DNA of 56,388 nucleotides from a virus (Duplodnaviria; Heunggongvirae; Uroviricota; Caudoviricetes): IMG/VR virus record IMGVR_UViG_2909282993_000001, positions 1 to 56,388 of that record; one strand, 5' to 3'. Shown piece by piece: positions 51,325 to 56,388 of this stretch (position 1 is its first letter; each line of letters starts with the position of its first letter). The notes under the pieces were generated by a model. It saw only the letters and a program-made list of their open reading frames with translations, ran no database searches and was not told where the DNA came from. The position numbers and the translations under genes were made by a program.

Positions 51325-51648
51325 ATGAAAGATAATCTAGAAAAACTAATTGAAAATACTTTAAAAGATATTCTATTAGCTAATGCTGCTCTAACATTCA
51401 TTTTTGCAATACCAATGGCTATTATCAGTAGGCATGGGATGGGCATCACAATCTGGTTTATAACTGTGCTCATTGCACCTGCTCTGTGTGCAGTAGGTGC
51501 ATGGCTTGTATCTCGAACATTCGGCCATGCTGAGGAGTTCTTTCATCGTCGGTGGGCTAAGCGAATCTATGTTTTTTATACTCTTGCGGCTGCCGAGTTT
51601 TTGCTTGTGTACTCAATCGCGCAAATAATGAAAAATCTGATGAAATAA
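51325..51648 (+). CDS. small inner-membrane protein
   Basis: 107 aa with hydrophobic helices. Confidence 0.45.
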   Translation: MKDNLEKLIENTLKDILLANAALTFIFAIPMAIISRHGMGITIWFITVLIAPALCAVGAWLVSRTFGHAEEFFHRRWAKRIYVFYTLAAAEFLLVYSIAQIMKNLMK

Positions 51649-51926
51649 TTAACAAGTTATTATCATGGGGTTTGTGGCTGTTAACCTGCAGTGAGGCGAC
51701 AATCGTGTATTTATAAAAACTTCCCCTTTTCACTCCCCGCTGTTTCTTCTGCTATTTCCTTTATGTTTGCATGCAGCAACATCTGCCATACCTTTGCAGA
51801 AAAATCAGAGCATTTAGTGCCGAAGGTTGGTTTATTGATGCTTTTTGTTTCATTTATTGCAATTATCGATGGTATTATTTCAATTTGTGCAATAATTGCA
51901 ATTATTGTCATTCAGAAGGGATCATC

Positions 51927-52094
51927 ATGAAAAATCACGGAGTAAAGCCAGTTTTACTTTCCCGGGGGCAGATCGAAGCCCTGCAACGTATCCAGGCCGA
52001 AAAGCGTCAGAAATCTGTGCTTGGTGTGGCACCGTCGATTTATGTTATTGCCCGGCAACTGATGGATAAGGCACTTAAAGAGGTGAGGCTGTGA
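51927..52094 (+). CDS. small hypothetical protein (55 aa)
   Basis: Start at ATG 51927 (MKNHGVKPV...); the upstream part of the track ORF is AT-rich low-complexity. Confidence 0.35.
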   Translation: MKNHGVKPVLLSRGQIEALQRIQAEKRQKSVLGVAPSIYVIARQLMDKALKEVRL

Positions 52095-52363
52095 AATTAA
52101 ATATCAGAGTGGATAAACGCCAGCTATGGCAGAAAAAAGAGAACAGCGAGGCATTCAGGGCTTTGCTGGTGGAAAATCTTCGGCACCGGTTCAGTGGAGA
52201 GTTGCCTGATGCACTGGGGAAGAAACTGGAATCCCTGACGGTGGAAATTGGCGATTATGGCTTTGTTGATGTTGAAAGCACGACTGCCAACACAGAAATC
52301 GTAAAGCAGGTCGTCAATGATGTAATGAAAACCACGCTTAGCCAGCCATCCTGGCGCAACTGA
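52091..52363 (+). CDS. small hypothetical protein
   Basis: 90-aa ORF, overlapping-stop coupling with the previous gene. Confidence 0.4.
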   Translation: MKLNIRVDKRQLWQKKENSEAFRALLVENLRHRFSGELPDALGKKLESLTVEIGDYGFVDVESTTANTEIVKQVVNDVMKTTLSQPSWRN

Positions 52364-52368
52364 ATCAG

Positions 52369-52390
52369 TAAGGGGCGGTTATTGCCCCTT
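52369..52390 (+). terminator. putative terminator hairpin
   Basis: AAGGGGC-GGTTATT-GCCCCTT; weak T-tract. Confidence 0.35.
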
Positions 52391-52462
52391 TCCTCCATAC
52401 CCACAACGCATTCCCTTTTCGCATTAAATTATTTTTTATCGTATATGCATGAGGTGAGCTAC

Positions 52463-52990
52463 ATGTTGATGAGTAAAGCCGAATACGCCAAATACAAAGG
52501 CGTAAGCCGCCAGACAGTTTACGACTGGATCGAGAAAGGCGAAGTGATCATGTCTGGCAAAAAAATTGATGTGGAGGCGACAGAGCAGCGGAACAGCCCA
52601 CCGGCACAGGGGAAAGACACCGTTTCTGAAATGTGGCCAGAAAGAACGCTGGAAATGACGTGGGGCGAGTTCTGGAAAGCAGTTAAGGCCAGAGACGGTA
52701 TAATCCCTGCGCCAGTAACGGACGACGACATACAGCAACGTGTGCTGGATGCAGCCGGGGAATTAGACTGGGAAGTGCAATTTCTTGATGATGGCGGGAT
52801 TTGGATGGATGACGGCGATGCTGAGTTTTATTTCGAGCAATATGATCTCAGGCAGAATGCCGAACTGGTGATTGGTACGCTGCGACGTGAGGTCTGTTAT
52901 GTGGCTGATGCTTGTCCTGACGAGCTGGATAACTGGAGCGAAGCCGGACTAAACGCCCTGGCTGAATGGGAAAAATCAGACCATCAATGA
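52463..52990 (+). CDS. HTH-domain protein (N-terminal DNA-binding, acidic C-terminus)
   Basis: Start at ATG 52463 with GAGGTGAG SD; N-terminus MLMSKAEYAKYKGVSRQTVYDWIEKGEV is HTH-like; the repeat array lies immediately downstream. Confidence 0.5.
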   Translation: MLMSKAEYAKYKGVSRQTVYDWIEKGEVIMSGKKIDVEATEQRNSPPAQGKDTVSEMWPERTLEMTWGEFWKAVKARDGIIPAPVTDDDIQQRVLDAAGELDWEVQFLDDGGIWMDDGDAEFYFEQYDLRQNAELVIGTLRREVCYVADACPDELDNWSEAGLNALAEWEKSDHQ

Positions 52991-52994
52991 CATC

Positions 52995-53209
52995 AAAAAG
53001 TGTCAAGTTGAGCAGCTTGCCAGGTTGACACTTTACACTCTGAACGCGAAAAAGTGTCAACCTCGCTGTAAGCCCCGCCATTACTGGGTTTGTGCCAGAT
53101 TTACCACGTCAAAAAGCCGAAAAAATCGCGAAAAGTGTCAAGTTGCTATGCTTAGAAATGCTAAGGTTTGATAAGGTTTTTCGCGAAAAAGTGTCAAGTG
53201 TGTCAACCG
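52995..53209. repeat. array of AAAGTGTCAA motifs (five direct, one inverted)
   Basis: GAAAAAGTGTCAA-type copies at about 52995, 53048, 53128, 53183 and 53195; inverted TTGACACTTT at about 53025. Confidence 0.5.
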
Positions 53210-53482
53210 CGCCGCTTTAGAAAACTTTATGTGCAGATCGTTGGATGCATCTGTCAAAACTTGCCACCCACCAGCACCGCCAGCGGGGATTTTTGGCTAC
53301 ACGCGCTCTAAGTAACAGTTGCTTCAGTGCGTTACATACGTTGGAAGTGTTATAACTCAAGTTTTTGAGACAAAGTCAGAATTGTATGAATTTGTCTATA
53401 GCCGTCTACTCAAGTTTTCTACATAATATAAGGAAATAGCATGCTGTTTAATTAATGTACGATAATTCTGAAAGAGTAACAG

Positions 53483-54310
53483 ATGATAAACTTAGATATG
53501 GATGTTGTGGTTGGACATGGGCAGAACGATTTTGAAGAATTAGAAATGAATTCCGGCATAAAGGTTTTTGCTGGAGCTTCTGACATCACCCAAATTACAA
53601 CAAGCACTATTTTAGATGATTCAGTCCCCAAAAAATCAACCTCTATACATGGGCTTAGGAATATGTTCAAACATACATTTGATGGATCGTTTGGACAAAA
53701 TTTTGAACTTAGAATTGATGATCCTGAAAAGATAAAAAGATTTAATGAAATTGGCAGGGGTGTTTTTTTTGATGTTATGTCATATTACATCTCTAAAGGA
53801 ATGGGAATAGCTCACCATCTTAAGAGCCAGAAAGCAATCGACTTAGTAGAGCGTCTTAAACCGCTTGAAAAACAACTTTTGATAAGAATTCAGGAACCTA
53901 TACAGAATTTACATAAAACAGTTGAGAAGCAAAAATATAATGTACTTCTGAGAAGAAGAACACCAACTAAAAAATTAGTTGTTGCTAAAATGGATACGCA
54001 GACGCTCTTCAATATCAATGTAGAGCATGAATCTGCTCAACCAGTAGAAGAAAATGTTATTATAACTAGGTTTAATATGTTAACAGGAACTGGTCGATTG
54101 TTATTAGATAGACAGTCAGATTCAATTGCCTTTAGACACCATCTTAATTGGGAACATGTATTGCAGTCTCAGAAAAATAAGTTTTCAAGGAATCTTGATA
54201 GGAATAACAGAGGTGGTAAAGACGCTTTTATACCTATAACCATTTCTGCTTATGAGTTGCGCGATCATATTGGAGAGCTCAAGGCTTATATAATTAGAGA
54301 AATATTGTAA
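53483..54310 (+). CDS. hypothetical protein, first gene of a terminal AT-rich two-gene operon
   Basis: 275-aa ORF, strongly AT-rich; stop directly abuts the next start (TAAATG). Confidence 0.55.
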   Translation: MINLDMDVVVGHGQNDFEELEMNSGIKVFAGASDITQITTSTILDDSVPKKSTSIHGLRNMFKHTFDGSFGQNFELRIDDPEKIKRFNEIGRGVFFDVMSYYISKGMGIAHHLKSQKAIDLVERLKPLEKQLLIRIQEPIQNLHKTVEKQKYNVLLRRRTPTKKLVVAKMDTQTLFNINVEHESAQPVEENVIITRFNMLTGTGRLLLDRQSDSIAFRHHLNWEHVLQSQKNKFSRNLDRNNRGGKDAFIPITISAYELRDHIGELKAYIIREIL

Positions 54311-55090
54311 ATGAAGATGCCCTCAATCAAAGTTATTTCACTTATATTAATAGCTATTGTATGGTATTTTTACTTTTCTCATTTCAATCATTGGGATAGC
54401 CCGTTAGATATCTTTAATGCTAGCAAATGGATGGGTTTTTCCAATGATAAAGGTGATTGGGGCACTTTCGGGGATTTTGTAGGAGGTGTGCTTAATCCTA
54501 TCTTGACCTTCATTACAATTGTTATGCTCATTAATTCCTTGAAACTTCAACGAGAAGCAAACGAGCAACTAATTAAAGACGAAAGAAGACAAGAGAAAGA
54601 CGTTCTTCTAAAACGGTTTGAAGACGGTTTTTATAACCTTATCTCTTCAGAAAGAGAGGAGTTTAGTTGTTTTACTATTAACATTAACGGAAAAGAATAC
54701 CGCTCATCTGCTGCTGTTAGTGAATTGGAAGAGGCAATATGGGCTTTTATTGAGAAACAAATAGATGAAAAAGGAGCTTGCGAAATTGAGGATGTTAAAA
54801 ATTACATAAATAAAATTGATGAGGATTCATCTATGGCAATATTTTCCATGGTGCGATGTGTATATGTTGTTTTTAAGGTTGTTAAGGATAAATGCCCTGA
54901 AGAACATCAAGATTACTACTTAGATATTTTTATGAATATGTTACCAGTTAAACTGGTAAATTTAGTTGCTATTGTGTCTGTGTATATGGACTGGAAAAAC
55001 GTAAAATATATTATTGATGGTGGAAAAGGATTTTCGGATAATGAAGCAGTTAAAGAATATATTAATACTTGGAAGGAGTTTCATGAATAA
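54311..55090 (+). CDS. hypothetical membrane protein, second gene of the terminal AT-rich operon
   Basis: 259 aa; two N-terminal hydrophobic helices, then a coiled-coil-like charged segment and a C-terminal domain. Confidence 0.55.
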   Translation: MKMPSIKVISLILIAIVWYFYFSHFNHWDSPLDIFNASKWMGFSNDKGDWGTFGDFVGGVLNPILTFITIVMLINSLKLQREANEQLIKDERRQEKDVLLKRFEDGFYNLISSEREEFSCFTININGKEYRSSAAVSELEEAIWAFIEKQIDEKGACEIEDVKNYINKIDEDSSMAIFSMVRCVYVVFKVVKDKCPEEHQDYYLDIFMNMLPVKLVNLVAIVSVYMDWKNVKYIIDGGKGFSDNEAVKEYINTWKEFHE

Positions 55091-55265
55091 AAATAATTTC
55101 TGATGTTTTGTTTCAAATGTGATGATTAATAAATAATGTTGTATAAGTGATGAATACTTGTTAAAGATGTTTTGTTTAATATCATGATTTTTTAACTTTT
55201 ATGGGGTCGTAAGAACTAACTCATAATTATTGAGCATCGTTCTCCGTCGGGATAGGAAATTTAAA

Positions 55266-55286
55266 TGGGGGTATCTTTGGGGGTAT
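55266..55286. repeat. TGGGGGTATCTTTGGGGGTAT, right-end copy of the motif at 40901
   Basis: 19 of 20 identity with 40901..40921. Confidence 0.4.
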
Positions 55287-55344
55287 CAAGTTAAATGGAA
55301 TGAATTAAATGTATTATAAATCAATTGATTGCGGAGTATGTTCT

Positions 55345-55380
55345 GTTCCTATTATCGCACCATTTAAATCAAGTAGTTAC
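55345..55380 (+). repeat. degenerate third copy of the thrW 3' end plus original downstream flank (island distal att)
   Basis: GTTCCTATTATCGCACCA then TTTAAATCAAGTAGTTAC, versus thrW ...CCTATTATCGGCACCA and 1445..1462 TTTAAATCAATAAGTTAC. Confidence 0.6.
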
Positions 55381-55488
55381 CCCATATTTAAATACACCAC
55401 GTTTCCTCCTGTGCCGTATTTGTGCCATTGTAACCCTGGCAATTAATCAAAATACTGTTCTGACATCAGGCAATGTAGGTGCAGACAT

Positions 55489-56388
55489 TTAAGCCAATTG
55501 CTGCCGCCATTCCTTGACGTGGTCAATCAGGGCGCGGAGCTTTGGTGCAATATTGCGACGCTGTGGGAAATACAGATAGAAGCCCGGAAATTGTGGAAGA
55601 AAGTCATCAAGCAGAGATACAAGCTTACCGCTTTCAATATACGGCCTGAAAGTTTCCTGAGTGGCAATTGTTATTCCTCCACCGGCAAGAGCCAGCCGCA
55701 ACATCAGACGCAGATCATTAGTCGTAATCTGCGGTTCAATCGCAAGGTCGAAAGCTCTCCCGTTTTCTTCAAATGGCCAGCGATAAGGCGCAACCTCCGG
55801 GGACTGACGCCAGCCGATACACTTATGATTCACAAGTTCACGCGGATGAACAGGTGTGCTGTTGGCTGCGAGATAGGAGGGAGAGGCAACGACCATTTCA
55901 CGCTGCCTGCCGGTAAGGGGAACAGCAATCATGTCTTTTTCAATGACCTCTCCGAGCCTTACGCCAGCATCGTAACCTGCGGCAACGATATCGAATTCCT
56001 CATCCGTGACAACAATATCAAGCGTAACGGCTGGATTGGCAGCTGCAAACGAAGCGATTAGCGGACCTGAAAGAAATTCTTCTGCTATCGACGTCACCGC
56101 GATTCTGAGATGTCCACGTGGTACATGGTCAGAGACCATCTCTTCGAACGCTGCCTCAATACCGGATAAAGGTAATGACAACGATTTATGCAGCCGTTCT
56201 CCCGCTTCCGTCAAATTAACTGAGCGCGTGGTCCGCATTACAAGCATTGTCCCGAATGCATCTTCAAGACGTCTTATTCCCTGACTGACCGCTGAACGGG
56301 TAACGCCCAGTCGTGCGGCGGCTTTACTAAAATTACTCTCTTCTGCTACCGCGATAAAAATGGGTAAAAGATTAAGATCGATTTTCAT
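55489..56388 (-). CDS. LysR-family transcriptional regulator
   Basis: 299 aa; N-terminal HTH ...FSKAAARLGVTRSAVSQGIRRLE... and LysR substrate-binding-like remainder; host gene beyond the island. Confidence 0.85.
   Translation of the reverse strand: MKIDLNLLPIFIAVAEESNFSKAAARLGVTRSAVSQGIRRLEDAFGTMLVMRTTRSVNLTEAGERLHKSLSLPLSGIEAAFEEMVSDHVPRGHLRIAVTSIAEEFLSGPLIASFAAANPAVTLDIVVTDEEFDIVAAGYDAGVRLGEVIEKDMIAVPLTGRQREMVVASPSYLAANSTPVHPRELVNHKCIGWRQSPEVAPYRWPFEENGRAFDLAIEPQITTNDLRLMLRLALAGGGITIATQETFRPYIESGKLVSLLDDFLPQFPGFYLYFPQRRNIAPKLRALIDHVKEWRQQLA

Larger units (their letters stand above)
40741..55380. mobile_element. P4-like / PICI-like satellite island
   Basis: Integrase about 170 bp from a tRNA 3' fragment, AlpA, primase/helicase, iteron ori, degenerate tRNA 3' copy at the far end; no capsid or tail genes. 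Confidence 0.7.

Noticed and set aside
1..56388. CRISPR array or cas genes
   Set aside because: The repeat arrays present (8944..9095, 43109..43252, 48815..49152, 52995..53209) lack regular repeat-spacer periodicity and have no adjacent cas-like ORFs; they fit iterons or protein-binding sites better

Overview
Enterobacterial (E. coli/Shigella-like) chromosome at the proA–thrW locus, carrying two integrative elements in tandem at tRNA-Thr (thrW). All family assignments are from reading the translations and recalled similarity; no database search was run. (1) 1..1444: complete proA and an intact thrW. (2) About 1445..40786: a roughly 39 kb prophage bounded by a 46-bp direct repeat of the thrW 3' end (1399..1444 and 40741..40786). 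It has a tyrosine integrase and excisionase, a leftward early operon resembling K-12 KpLE1/CPS-53 genes yfdP–yfdT, a cI/cro immunity switch, an O-like initiator with internal iterons, RusA, KilA-N, DUF968 and Q, a lysis cassette, an HNH/terminase/HK97-type head module, and a Mu-like contractile tail with an invertible tail-fibre segment. The adjacent Pin/Gin-type invertase carries an in-frame TGA at codon 27. AT-rich cargo genes are interspersed, including an Rx4H (HEPN-like) protein at the right end. (3) About 40787..55380: a P4-like/PICI-like satellite island with integrase, AlpA, a split primase/helicase, GGTAGACAG ori iterons, ProQ/FinO-like and PerC-like genes, several repeat arrays, and a terminal AT-rich two-gene operon (53483..55090) ending at a degenerate third thrW 3' copy. 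(4) 55489..56388: a LysR-family regulator on the minus strand. The strongest candidates for undescribed systems are the terminal two-gene operon of the island, the HEPN-like cargo gene of the prophage, and the regulator-plus-membrane-protein pair between Q and the lysis genes. No CRISPR array or rRNA was seen.
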